From IMG/VR virus record IMGVR_UViG_3300020255_000001: 20,000 bases of DNA; one strand, given 5' to 3'. Positions 1 to 9,199 of this stretch are shown piece after piece. The notes under the pieces are model-generated. The model saw only the letters and a program-made list of their open reading frames with translations, did no database searches and was not told where the DNA came from. Every line of letters starts with the position of its first letter. The first letter of the stretch is position 1. Source of the stretch: an uncultured virus (IMG/VR IMGVR_UViG_3300020255_000001) (Duplodnaviria > Heunggongvirae > Uroviricota > Caudoviricetes > Kyanoviridae). The position numbers and the translations under genes are program-made.

Positions 1-2
1 TA

Positions 3-3000
3 AGACGTGATGGTGCTCAACAGTGGGCAAACATCAACCCTATACTTGCTCAAGGTGAACTGGGAATCGAGATCGATACTTCACGTATCAAGATCGGAGA
101 CGGTGTTACACCTTGGAACTCTCTGCGTTATGAGAGACCGATAGAAACTGAATCAAATGCTGCTAACACTCTTGTTAAACGAGATGCTGACGGTAACTTT
201 GAAGCGGGTGCTATTAGTGCGACTTTAATTGGAAATGCTTCTACTTCTACGAGACTTGCATCTGCAAGACAAATTCAGTTAACTGGTTCTATAACTGGAT
301 CTGGATCTTTTGACGGTTCGTCAAACTTGAACCTTGCCACAAACTTAGAATTAGTTACATCTCTTCCACATTATAATCCTAATGATCCTGATGCAACTGC
401 TCTATATTCTAGAGTTCAAGTTGACTCAAGAGGTAGGGTTGTTGGTGCTAGTTTGGCATCTACTCTTGCAGAGTATGGTATTACTGACGCACAAGGATTA
501 GATAGTGACTTAACAGCATTAGCAAACTTAACTACCTTTGGTTTATTAACTAGAACTGCTACAGGACAGATTACAACTAGAAACCTAACTGGTGGTGCAG
601 GTAGAGTTATATTTACTACACCTGATGGTGTAGCATCCAACCCATTTATTGACCTTGCTGATACTGCGGTTGTTGTGGGTTCATATAACGTTGAATCATT
701 AACATCTGTATCTACTAACGGTGCTAATGGTGAACCATTCGGAACAGAAACTGTAAACGCATCTAAGTTTTCCGTTGATAGATATGGAAGAATTACACAA
801 GCAACCAATGTACCGATTGCCACTGCAACTGAAGGTTCAAAGTATGCAACCTATAATGCAGGTTCAACATATAATAGATACGATATTATTGAGAATGCAA
901 GCAAAGTATATCAGGCGATAACAAATATTGGTGCAGGACAAGGAGCACCTACTCATACAAGTGGTGATGTAAGTAATTGGAGATACCTCGCTGCTGCTGC
1001 TACAGAACAAAAAGGTTTAGCATCATTTGCTCAAGAAGATTTTGATGTAGATGCAAATGGTCACGTTACTATTGCACCACTTGCAGTTGATAACACTCAG
1101 ATGCAAAACACTAGAGTGGGATTTGCTGATGGTAATAATATAGAAACTTTTGAGTTAGATCAAGAATTAACAGCGACAACTGGATATAGAGGATTTAATT
1201 ATCTTAATTATGTTACTGTAAATGATACCAGTGGAAACTTATTATTTACTGCTAACAATGTAGATAATACTGGTGCAGGTGGAGTAGACATTAACGTTGA
1301 TACTCATATTAGTGGTGCACTTATAAAACTTGACAGACCTGGAAACACACCTCTACAAACAATAGAACGTTCAGCAGGTTCTCTTTTAATTCATCATAAC
1401 GTAAACTCTTCTGTAAATAGAACTCTTGACATTACCTCAAATAATGCAGGATCAGGAACAGCAAAGATAAACGTAACATCAGATGATGGTATTGTTATCA
1501 CAGCAACTAATGTTGCTTCAAAAGTTCAAGTAGAAGATTTCTACTTACAGCAGAATACTATCGGAACCAGTGATGCCACTATGGTATTAGATCCAGGTGA
1601 CGATGATGCTGCAACAGGTTTAGTACAAGTACGTGGTAATCTACAAGTAGACGGAACTACAACCACAGTAAATAGTACAACAATATCGGTAGATGACCCC
1701 ATCATTACTCTTGGTGGAGACACTGCCCCCGTTGCTGACGATAATAAAGATCGTGGTGTTGAGATTAAATACTACGATAGTCAGGCACGTGTTGGATTCT
1801 TTGGTTGGGATGAAGACTATACTAATGCAAATATCTGGACAGGCACAGGTGGGTATAGATTCCTTTATAATGCAACTAATACTTCAGAAGTATTTTCTGG
1901 AACTGATGCTCCTTTAATAGCAGGTAACTTAGCACTTACAACTAATACAGGTTCTACATCAACAACTACAGGTACTTTAGTAGTAACTGGTGGTTTCGGA
2001 CTTTCCGAGAACGCACATATTGGTGGAACTGTTACTATTGCAGGTCAATCAGAAATCAACAATAATGTAATTATCAAAGCAGATAATAAAGAGTTTGCAA
2101 TACAAACTGCTGCGGGTGTAGATAAGTTTACTGTTGATACTGATAATGGCAATACTATTATTGAAGGTACATTAGATGTTCAGTTAGAAACTGAGATCAC
2201 AGACAATCTAATTGTTACTGCCGATGCAAAAGAATTCAAAATACGCACTGCTAGTAATGTTGATAAGTTTACGGTTGACACTGATAACGGTAATACAGTT
2301 ATCGAAGGAACACTCAACACGAAACAAGCAGTAGACTTTGATCAAACTCTAAATGTAGATGGTGACGTTACTCTTAATGCAACACTTGATGTTGATGACG
2401 ATGTAACTCTTCATAATGACTTCTTAATGGATACTACTGGTAAGACATTTACTCTTACTAATGGTAGTACACAAAAATTTCAAATCAGTACCACAAATGG
2501 TAATACAGATATAGAAGGAACTCTAAATTTAGGTAACTTCTTCCATCACGAGGATACTGACACACCAACTATAGGTACTAATGCTCAAGACGATTTCATC
2601 ATATCTAGTGGAGATTACGGGTCTTTCCGTTTTGATGGTGGTGGTTACATTGAAGGTGACACTCTGTTTAACTCAGATCTATACATTAATGGTGCTATTA
2701 ACCAAAAAGACTTAGGAACAACAGAAACATTCAGTACACAAAACTACTTACGTGTAAGATATAAATTACGTGCAGGATCAACAGTTGCTTATACACCTTC
2801 ATACGCTACAGATAATAATTCAAACTTAAGAGTTTATGGTGGTGCAGGTATCGCTACTGACCTTCATATTGGTGATGATCTCTATATCGGTAAACTTAAC
2901 TCTGGAGATACAACAGAATTTACAGTTCTTGGAGAATCTGGTAATACAACAATAGGTAGAACTGGACAAGGTTCAGCAACAGCAGGAACACTTACCGTCC

Positions 3001-6000
3001 ACGGAGATGTTACTTTAAATAGAGACGTTACTTTAAATGGTGCACAGAATACCATTGGTGACGCATCTGGTGACGCATTAACAGTAAATGCTACTACTCA
3101 ATTCACAGCCCCAGTTACCCTGAGTTCAGGACAAGATCTTAATGTTGGTGGTAATGCCATAGTTGATGGTAACTTAACAGTTCACGGTAGCACAACTACA
3201 GTAAACAGTACTACTATTACTGTGGACGATCCTATCATTACATTAGGTGGTGATACTGCTCCTGGTTCTGATGACGCAAAAGATCGTGGTGTAGAGTTCC
3301 GATATTACGATTCATCTGCTAAAATAGGATTCTTCGGGTGGGACGATTCAGCACTTAGGTTTGCTTTCTATCACAATGCAACTAATAGTTCTGAAGTATT
3401 TACTGGTACTAGATCTGGTTTAGACGCAGGTTCCATCAAATTATTTGATACTACAAATGCAACGAATTCTTCTACAGGTGCTCTCATTGTTGGTGGTGGT
3501 GCGGGTATTGGACTTGATCTATATGTCGGTGACGACCTCACAGTCAATGACGATGGATCGTTTGGTGGAAATGTCAGCATTGATGGCACGCTCGATGTAA
3601 CAAATGACTTTAGAGTCAACACAAATAAATTTACAGTTGCTAATGCTACAGGTAATACATTAGTTGCAGGAACATTTAGAGCAGACGGAGTATCTACTTT
3701 AAATTCATCTGTAAATATTGTTGGAGCAAGTTCTAATCTAAGCGTTGGTGGTACTTTGGGTGTCACAAGCAATACAACCCTCTCAGGGACGCTTGGAGTG
3801 ACGTTAGGAACGACATTAGGTAATACCTTGGATGTATCAGGTGCTACCAATGTTACTAATACTTTAGGTGTAACTGGAGTAACAACTCTTACAAATGCTA
3901 CTAATGCAACTCTTGGTGGAACTTGGTCATCTAGTGGTGCGTTAAGAGTATCCGCAGGTGGTGCAACTATCTCAGGTAATACTGGTATTGGTGGAAACTT
4001 AAAGGTATATACAAACAGTACATTAGATGGAACTCTTGGTGTTGGTGGTATCGTAACATTCGATGAGAAACTAAGAGCAAATTCTACTGCACAGGCAACC
4101 GCTGCAAACAATAACGGTGCTGCAATATTTACAGCAGGTGGTTTAGCAGTTACTAAGAAGGCATATATTGGAGATGACTTTGATATTGGTGGAGGTAACT
4201 TTACTGTAGACGGACCTACAGGTAACACAGTTGTTGGTGGAACACTTGATGTAACAGGTGGAACAACAACTATATCCTCACTGATTGCTACTTCTACAGC
4301 AAACTTACAGTCAACCTTAAACGTTGGTGGTTCATTTAACATCAACACTAATAAATTTAACGTTGCAGGTCCAAGTGGTAATACTGATATTGCAGGTACA
4401 CTTGATGTAGTAGGTGGAGTTGACTTAGATTCAACTTTAAATGTAGATGGTAACGCAGACTTTAATTCTGGTATAGATGTAACATCAGGTAATGCTACAT
4501 TCGCAGGTCTTGTACAAGCAAATAACGTAACAGATTCTTCTGCATATAATGACTCTGCTGCTTCTGTACATACAGATGGTGGTTTATCAGTTAAGAAGAA
4601 AGCATTTGTTGGTGATGATTTATCAGTAGGTGGAGCAGCAGGAGTTAAATTTATTGTTGATGGACCTACAGGTAACACTGATATTACTGGAACTCTTAAT
4701 GTTCAAGATGGTGTAACTTTACAAAGCACACTTGGAGTTACAGGTCAGATTACTGGTAACGTAACAGGTGACTTGACTGGTAATGCTGATACTGCATCTC
4801 TAGTTGATGTAACAAATACCACAGGTTCTAACCTTACATTCTTCCCAACATTTGTTTCTGCTACAACTGGAAACACTGAAATAAGAACTGACTCAGATAA
4901 CTTTAAATATGTTCCTAGTACAAACACTTTATCTGTAAGTAACTTTGTTTGTTCTACAAACTTTGAGATTCAAGGTAACTTAAACATCACTGGAACTATC
5001 ACGTTCCAACAGTCACAGGTTGGTAGTATTGCTAACCACGACACAGATGCTCTTACTGAAGGATCTACAAACCTATATTTCACTGATGAGAGAGTTGATG
5101 ATCGTGTTGCTGCATTGATCACAGGTGGTACTGGTATTTCTGCTACTTACGATGATGCAGGTAACTTACTAACTCTATCTGCTGACTTTGGTGAGTTTGA
5201 CACAGATAGTATTGTAGAAGGATCTACAAATTTATTTACGACTGCTGCTAGAACAAGAACTCACTTTACATATGGAACTGGTATTGAACTAAGTGGAGCA
5301 GGTCAATTATCTGTAACACAGGCAGATATTAATACTGATAATGTAACTGAAGGATCAACTAACCTATTCACTACTGCTGCCAGAACAAGATCACACTTTA
5401 CATATGGCACAGGAATTACACACGATGGTTCTGGTGGTTTATCTGTTACTCAGGCAGACATCAATACTGATAATATTACTGAGGGTTCAACAAATATATT
5501 CTATACCAATGCTAGGTTTGATACCCAGTTAGCAACTAAGGATACAGATGATATATCTGAAGGATCTAACCAGTACTTCACAACTGCACGTGCTCGTCAA
5601 TCAATTCAAGCAACACAAAACATCACCTACAATAGTAGCACTGGTGTTATTACTGGACCTTCTCTTGCTACTGTTGCAGGAACTGGTGCTTATAGTGATT
5701 TGACTGGAACTCCATCTCTTGCTACTGTTGCAACATCTGGTGCTTACAGTGACTTGAGTGGTACACCATCACTAGCAACTGTTGCTACATCAGGTGCTTA
5801 CAGTGACTTGAGTGGACTACCTTCATTATTCTCTGGTAATTATAATGACTTAAGCAACAAACCTACATTAGGTACTGCTGCTGCAACTGCCTCATCTGAT
5901 TATGCTACTGCTGCACAAGGTGTTAAAGCAGACTCTGCGTTACAGGCAGAAACGATTGATCTTGCAACTCTTAAGACAACCGTTGCAAACTCAGCAACAT

Positions 6001-6035
6001 TTGCTGCATTTAAAATAGCAATCGCTGCATTATGA
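3..6035 (+). CDS. Giant tail fibre / adhesin-like structural protein (>=2010 aa, 5' truncated by window); Mtd_N/hyaluronidase-N-like N-terminus, long G/T/N/V-rich beta-repeat shaft, repetitive C-terminus
   Basis: Frame 3 is open from base 3 (RRDGAQQWANINPILAQGELGIEIDTSRIKIGDGVTPWNSLRY...) into the track ORF at 327, so the TTG at 327 is not the start. The N-terminal motif W..NP.L..GE.G.E.DT...KIGDG.T.WNSL.Y is typical of phage fibre attachment domains. The protein has many GxLxVxG repeats and lies just upstream of gp13. Confidence 0.85.
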   Translation, partial: RRDGAQQWANINPILAQGELGIEIDTSRIKIGDGVTPWNSLRYERPIETESNAANTLVKRDADGNFEAGAISATLIGNASTSTRLASARQIQLTGSITGSGSFDGSSNLNLATNLELVTSLPHYNPNDPDATALYSRVQVDSRGRVVGASLASTLAEYGITDAQGLDSDLTALANLTTFGLLTRTATGQITTRNLTGGAGRVIFTTPDGVASNPFIDLADTAVVVGSYNVESLTSVSTNGANGEPFGTETVNASKFSVDRYGRITQATNVPIATATEGSKYATYNAGSTYNRYDIIENASKVYQAITNIGAGQGAPTHTSGDVSNWRYLAAAATEQKGLASFAQEDFDVDANGHVTIAPLAVDNTQMQNTRVGFADGNNIETFELDQELTATTGYRGFNYLNYVTVNDTSGNLLFTANNVDNTGAGGVDINVDTHISGALIKLDRPGNTPLQTIERSAGSLLIHHNVNSSVNRTLDITSNNAGSGTAKINVTSDDGIVITATNVASKVQVEDFYLQQNTIGTSDATMVLDPGDDDAATGLVQVRGNLQVDGTTTTVNSTTISVDDPIITLGGDTAPVADDNKDRGVEIKYYDSQARVGFFGWDEDYTNANIWTGTGGYRFLYNATNTSEVFSGTDAPLIAGNLALTTNTGSTSTTTGTLVVTGGFGLSENAHIGGTVTIAGQSEINNNVIIKADNKEFAIQTAAGVDKFTVDTDNGNTIIEGTLDVQLETEITDNLIVTADAKEFKIRTASNVDKFTVDTDNGNTVIEGTLNTKQAVDFDQTLNVDGDVTLNATLDVDDDVTLHNDFLMDTTGKTFTLTNGSTQKFQISTTNGNTDIEGTLNLGNFFHHEDTDTPTIGTNAQDDFIISSGDYGSFRFDGGGYIEGDTLFNSDLYINGAINQKDLGTTETFSTQNYLRVRYKLRAGSTVAYTPSYATDNNSNLRVYGGAGIATDLHIGDDLYIGKLNSGDTTEFTVLGESGNTTIGRTGQGSATAGTLTVHGDVTLNRDVTLNGAQNTIGDASGDALTVNATTQFTAPVTLSSGQDLNVGGNAIVDGNLTVHGSTTTVNSTTITVDDPIITLGGDTAPGSDDAKDRGVEFRYYDSSAKIGFFGWDDSALRFAFYHNATNSSEVFTGTRSGLDAGSIKLFDTTNATNSSTGALIVGGGAGIGLDLYVGDDLTVNDDGSFGGNVSIDGTLDVTNDFRVNTNKFTVANATGNTLVAGTFRADGVSTLNSSVNIVGASSNLSVGGTLGVTSNTTLSGTLGVTLGTTLGNTLDVSGATNVTNTLGVTGVTTLTNATNATLGGTWSSSGALRVSAGGATISGNTGIGGNLKVYTNSTLDGTLGVGGIVTFDEKLRANSTAQATAANNNGAAIFTAGGLAVTKKAYIGDDFDIGGGNFTVDGPTGNTVVGGTLDVTGGTTTISSLIATSTANLQSTLNVGGSFNINTNKFNVAGPSGNTDIAGTLDVVGGVDLDSTLNVDGNADFNSGIDVTSGNATFAGLVQANNVTDSSAYNDSAASVHTDGGLSVKKKAFVGDDLSVGGAAGVKFIVDGPTGNTDITGTLNVQDGVTLQSTLGVTGQITGNVTGDLTGNADTASLVDVTNTTGSNLTFFPTFVSATTGNTEIRTDSDNFKYVPSTNTLSVSNFVCSTNFEIQGNLNITGTITFQQSQVGSIANHDTDALTEGSTNLYFTDERVDDRVAALITGGTGISATYDDAGNLLTLSADFGEFDTDSIVEGSTNLFTTAARTRTHFTYGTGIELSGAGQLSVTQADINTDNVTEGSTNLFTTAARTRSHFTYGTGITHDGSGGLSVTQADINTDNITEGSTNIFYTNARFDTQLATKDTDDISEGSNQYFTTARARQSIQATQNITYNSSTGVITGPSLATVAGTGAYSDLTGTPSLATVATSGAYSDLSGTPSLATVATSGAYSDLSGLPSLFSGNYNDLSNKPTLGTAAATASSDYATAAQGVKADSALQAETIDLATLKTTVANSATFAAFKIAIAAL
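1635..3410 (+). repeat. Duplicated ~85-aa domain in fibre (copies ~1635-1904 and ~3168-3410) plus tandem ~47-aa unit (~2082-2315)
   Basis: GNLQVDGTTTTVNSTTISVDDPIITLGGDTAP..DD.KDRGVE..YYDS.A..GFFGWD occurs twice. KEF.I.TA..VDKFTVDTDNGNT.IEGTL occurs twice in tandem. Confidence 0.85.
5040..5606 (+). repeat. Five copies of (D/N)TDx(I/V/L)xEGS(T)N(L/I/Q)(Y/F)xTxxR fibre repeat
   Basis: DTDALTEGSTNLYFT, DTDSIVEGSTNLFTT, NTDNVTEGSTNLFTT, NTDNITEGSTNIFYT and DTDDISEGSNQYFTT are visible in the translation. Confidence 0.85.
5658..5870 (+). repeat. 54-bp (18-aa) tandem repeat PSLATVATSGAYSDLSGT x3 plus a degenerate fourth copy
   Basis: Units start at 5658, 5712 and 5766, with a partial unit at 5820 (PSLFSGNYNDLSNKPTL). 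Copies differ mostly at synonymous sites. Confidence 0.9.
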
Positions 6036-6295
6036 TTTTCTTCTCTTTTATCATTTCATTATTTGCAAATCACTTACCAGTGATGTATGTGCAAGTACCT
6101 CAGTGGGCAGACGATTGGGCAGTGTGTGCTGTTGATATACCTGACGCTAAATGTCATTGGTATGTTATGGCACCCGACAATACTTTTGGTGAAGGATTTG
6201 ACTGGGAGACTGCTCCTTGGTTCGATGCTAATGGATTAAATGATGTCGCTCCTATGCAAAAGGAGACTGTAATGGTTAAGTTACAAAACAACTAA
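6032..6295 (+). CDS. Hypothetical 87-aa Trp/Asp-rich protein with hydrophobic N-terminus
   Basis: ATGA overlap with the fibre stop and a 1-nt gap to gp13. It has a hydrophobic MIFFSFIISLFA leader, then VPQWADDWAVCAVDIPDAKCHWY...FGEGFDWETAPWFD. Confidence 0.75.
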   Translation: MIFFSFIISLFANHLPVMYVQVPQWADDWAVCAVDIPDAKCHWYVMAPDNTFGEGFDWETAPWFDANGLNDVAPMQKETVMVKLQNN

Positions 6296-6296
6296 T

Positions 6297-7091
6297 ATGG
6301 CAACTCCAACCTCTAAAGCAACACTAAAAGAATACGCACTTCGCAGATTAGGTAAACCTGTATTAGAAGTCAACGTTTCTGATGATCAAATAGATGATGC
6401 TATCGATTACACTATCGAGAAGTTTCACATTTATCATTACGGTGGTTCAGAAAAAGTTTACCTAAAGCATCAAATGACTGCTGCTGAAGTCGCTGCATTT
6501 CAAGCAGACACTACAGAAACTGTAGGTAGTACAGAATTTAAGACGCAAAATAATTTTTTAACTTTACCTGATTTTATAACGTCTGTTAATGGTATCTTTA
6601 CTTTCCAAGACAAAGGTACTGCAAATATGTTTGACATTCGTTATCAGTTAAGATTGAATGATCTGTTTGATTTTACATCAACACAGTTTTATCATTACTA
6701 TATGATTCAGACACATCTTGAGACAATAAATTTCTTATTAGAAGGAATGAAACCTACAAGATTTACTCATACATCTGGTCGTTTATATATTGACTTTGAC
6801 ACTAATACTGATGTTCGTGAAGGTGAGTATATTGTTATTGATTGTGTTCGTGCATTAGATCCAGTTAACTTTACAAAAATCTATAATGAGATGTGGGTTA
6901 AGGATTATGCTACATCTCTGATTAAAAAATATTGGGGAACAAATTTAACTAAGTTCCAAAACGTTCAACTCCCTGGTGGTGTTACTCTAAATGGTGAGAA
7001 AATTTATAGTGATGCTGTAGAGGAACTAGAAAAACTAGATGAGCAGTTAAGAACCACATATGAAACACCACCTATGGATATGATAGGATAA
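6297..7091 (+). CDS. gp13: Neck protein gp13 (T4-like)
   Basis: LKEYALRRLGKPVLEVNVSDDQIDDAI N-terminus, WVKDYATSLIKKYWGTNLTKF..VQLPGGVTLNGEKIY..A..E C-terminus, and synteny. Confidence 0.95.
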   Translation: MATPTSKATLKEYALRRLGKPVLEVNVSDDQIDDAIDYTIEKFHIYHYGGSEKVYLKHQMTAAEVAAFQADTTETVGSTEFKTQNNFLTLPDFITSVNGIFTFQDKGTANMFDIRYQLRLNDLFDFTSTQFYHYYMIQTHLETINFLLEGMKPTRFTHTSGRLYIDFDTNTDVREGEYIVIDCVRALDPVNFTKIYNEMWVKDYATSLIKKYWGTNLTKFQNVQLPGGVTLNGEKIYSDAVEELEKLDEQLRTTYETPPMDMIG

Positions 7092-7957
7092 TGGCAACTA
7101 ACTCTTACTTTACACAAGGCACAACTGGTGAACAAGATCTTATAGAGAATCTTGTTATAGAACAGATAAAGATGTTTGGAAAGAATGTCTTTTATATGCC
7201 TAGAACTTTAGTAAATGAAGATACAACATTTACTGAAGATGCTTTGTCTAAGTTTGATGATGCCTACGAAATAGAAGCATATATTGAAGATCCAACTGGA
7301 TTTACTGGTGACGGTGATCTCTTTACTAAGTTTGGTGTAAGGATTTCTGATCAAGTTACATTTATAATATCAAGAAAAAGATTTACAGAAGCAGTTGATG
7401 ACAATGCACAACTGATTGTGGAAGGAAGACCTAACGAAGGAGACTTGGTTTACTTCCCTATGGCAAATAAAATATTTAAAATTATGTTCGTTGAGCACGA
7501 ACAACCTTTCTATCAGTTAGGTAAGATCCACGTATGGGGTCTTAAGTGTGAACTCTTCGAGTTCAGCGACGAGCAGTTCGATACAGGAGTTACTGCAATC
7601 GATCAAATCGAACAGGACTTCTCAGTATCCATCACTATCAACTTTGCCACAGGTGGCACTGGAGACTTTACAGTCGGTGAAGTGGTGGCAGGTGGAACCT
7701 CTAATATTACAGCAGAGGTTAAGTCTTGGGATTCTACTAATAGACAATTACAAGTCTTTAATAGAACTGGAATATTTACAATTCCAGAGACTATAACAGG
7801 GCAGTCATCAAGTGCTGCTTGGACAACTGCATCATATAATACACTAAATAATACATCGAGCGAATACGATTCAAATAGTTCGTTTGAAACCCTTGCTGAT
7901 TCAATTATTGATTTTTCAGAAGGGAATCCATTTGGTGATTTTGGAGGTGCTAATTAA
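7091..7957 (+). CDS. gp14: Neck protein gp14 (head closure) with C-terminal extra beta domain
   Basis: EQDLIENLVIEQIKMFG..V.YMPR, GDLFTKFG, RPNEGDLVYFP, FVEHEQPFYQLGK, C-terminal DFSEGNPFG. TAATG coupling with gp13. Confidence 0.95.
   Translation: MATNSYFTQGTTGEQDLIENLVIEQIKMFGKNVFYMPRTLVNEDTTFTEDALSKFDDAYEIEAYIEDPTGFTGDGDLFTKFGVRISDQVTFIISRKRFTEAVDDNAQLIVEGRPNEGDLVYFPMANKIFKIMFVEHEQPFYQLGKIHVWGLKCELFEFSDEQFDTGVTAIDQIEQDFSVSITINFATGGTGDFTVGEVVAGGTSNITAEVKSWDSTNRQLQVFNRTGIFTIPETITGQSSSAAWTTASYNTLNNTSSEYDSNSSFETLADSIIDFSEGNPFGDFGGAN
7843..7850 (+). promoter_or_regulatory. Putative T4-type late promoter (ACTAAATA) inside gp14, upstream of gp15
   Basis: Resembles the gp55-dependent TATAAATA late-promoter consensus (CTAAATA variant) and lies ~107 nt before the gp15 ATG. 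Confidence 0.45.
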
Positions 7958-8754
7958 TGTTAGGTACATATACATACAATGAAATATTCCGAAAGTCAGT
8001 TATTGCTTTTGGTACTTTGTTTAATAACATAGAAATTCGTAGAAAGAAAAATGCTACGGAATATGAGTATATGAAAGTGCCTTTGGCATATGGACCTAAA
8101 CAAAAGTTTTTAGCAAGACTTCAACAAGTAGGAGATTTAACTAGGAAAGATGCGACTCAAATTACGCTTCCTAGGATTTCGTTTGAGATTTCTGGTTTCA
8201 ATTACGACGCAACAAGAAAGGTCTCCCCAACACAGAGAGTTAGGACTGCTGTTGGAACTGACCTACAAAAAGCGTTTATGCCAGTACCGTACAACGTTGA
8301 CTTTGAGTTAGCAATTCTTTCAAAGAATCAAGATGACGGTTTACAAATCTTAGAACAAATACTTCCATACTTCCAACCCACATTTAATATCACTGTACAA
8401 CTGAACGATCAGTTACAGGAGAAAAAAGATTTTCCAGTAGTTTTAAATACAATATCTTATGATGATGATTATGAAGGTGATTATACAACAAGAAGAACTC
8501 TCATATATACAATAACTTTCACTTGCAAAACATATATCTACGGTCCTGTTCTTGACGGTGAGAAAGAACTTATCCGTAAGGCAATCGTTGATACTGCAAC
8601 TGATAATAAAACAAGTGCACCTCGTGAGATGAGATACACGGTCGAACCAGACCCAATCACTTCTGATCCAGATGATGATTTTGGTTTTAATGAATTATTC
8701 AGTACTTTTAATGATGGAAAATCAAGAAATCCAGTCACAGGAAACGACGAGTAA
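7957..8754 (+). CDS. gp15: Tail sheath stabiliser / tail terminator gp15
   Basis: YNEIFRKSVIAFGTLFNNIEI, KVPLAYGPKQKFLARL, TLPRISFE, LQILEQILPYFQP, DDYEGDYTTRR, KTYIYGP. Confidence 0.95.
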   Translation: MLGTYTYNEIFRKSVIAFGTLFNNIEIRRKKNATEYEYMKVPLAYGPKQKFLARLQQVGDLTRKDATQITLPRISFEISGFNYDATRKVSPTQRVRTAVGTDLQKAFMPVPYNVDFELAILSKNQDDGLQILEQILPYFQPTFNITVQLNDQLQEKKDFPVVLNTISYDDDYEGDYTTRRTLIYTITFTCKTYIYGPVLDGEKELIRKAIVDTATDNKTSAPREMRYTVEPDPITSDPDDDFGFNELFSTFNDGKSRNPVTGNDE

Positions 8755-9172
8755 ATTCGACGGTATTGAAGACGCTCTTGATGTAGAAACATCCATCGTT
8801 AAAGATGAGAAACCTGCATTAGAGAGAGTAGAAGATACACCTGTAAAACAAAACGAAGCAATTAAAAAAGACTACGAATATACTCGTGGCAATTTGTATT
8901 CGTTAATTGACAAGGGACAGGAAGCGGTAGACGGAATCCTAGAACTATCACAACAAACAGATTCACCACGTGCCTATGAGGTAGCAGGTAATCTTATTAA
9001 GAACGTGGCAGATGCCACGGATAAACTAATAGACCTTCAGAAAAAAATGCAAGAATTAGAAGAAGGTCCAAAAGGTGCTGTAACAGGTAACGTTACTAAC
9101 AACACAATGTTTGTTGGTAGCACTGCTGATCTTGCGAAATTCCTCAAACAGAAACAGAAAGAGGATAAATAG
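8711..9172 (+). CDS. gp16: Terminase small (DNA packaging) subunit gp16
   Basis: DYEYTRGNLYSLIDKGQEAVDGILEL....SPRAYEVAGNLIKNVAD.TDKLIDLQKKM...NNTMFVGSTADL. The start is uncertain (ATG 8711/8714 overlapping gp15; the track gives 8672). Confidence 0.92.
   Translation: MMENQEIQSQETTSKFDGIEDALDVETSIVKDEKPALERVEDTPVKQNEAIKKDYEYTRGNLYSLIDKGQEAVDGILELSQQTDSPRAYEVAGNLIKNVADATDKLIDLQKKMQELEEGPKGAVTGNVTNNTMFVGSTADLAKFLKQKQKEDK
9164..9171 (+). promoter_or_regulatory. T4-type late promoter GATAAATA overlapping the gp16 stop, heading the accessory island
   Basis: NATAAATA match ~29 nt upstream of the ATG at 9200. Confidence 0.65.
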
Positions 9173-9199
9173 TAAAAACAATCTTGTGTCAAAAAGTCG

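Noticed and set aside
327..329. TTG start of the fibre given by the ORF track
   Set aside because: The frame is open to the window edge and encodes the conserved N-terminal fibre domain, so the true start is upstream of base 1.
3371..4678. 435-aa antisense ORF inside the fibre gene
   Set aside because: It is a Pro/Val/Thr/Ser-rich shadow of the Gly/Thr/Asn-rich repetitive sense strand. It has no recognisable motifs or expression signals and opposes an otherwise all-plus operon.
5658..5870. Possible CRISPR-like array
   Set aside because: These are in-frame 54-bp coding tandem repeats with no unique spacers.
3..6035. Diversity-generating retroelement suggested by the Mtd_N-like N-terminus
   Set aside because: There is no reverse transcriptase, no template/variable repeat pair differing at adenines and no C-type lectin tip in the window. 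The repeats differ mainly at synonymous positions.
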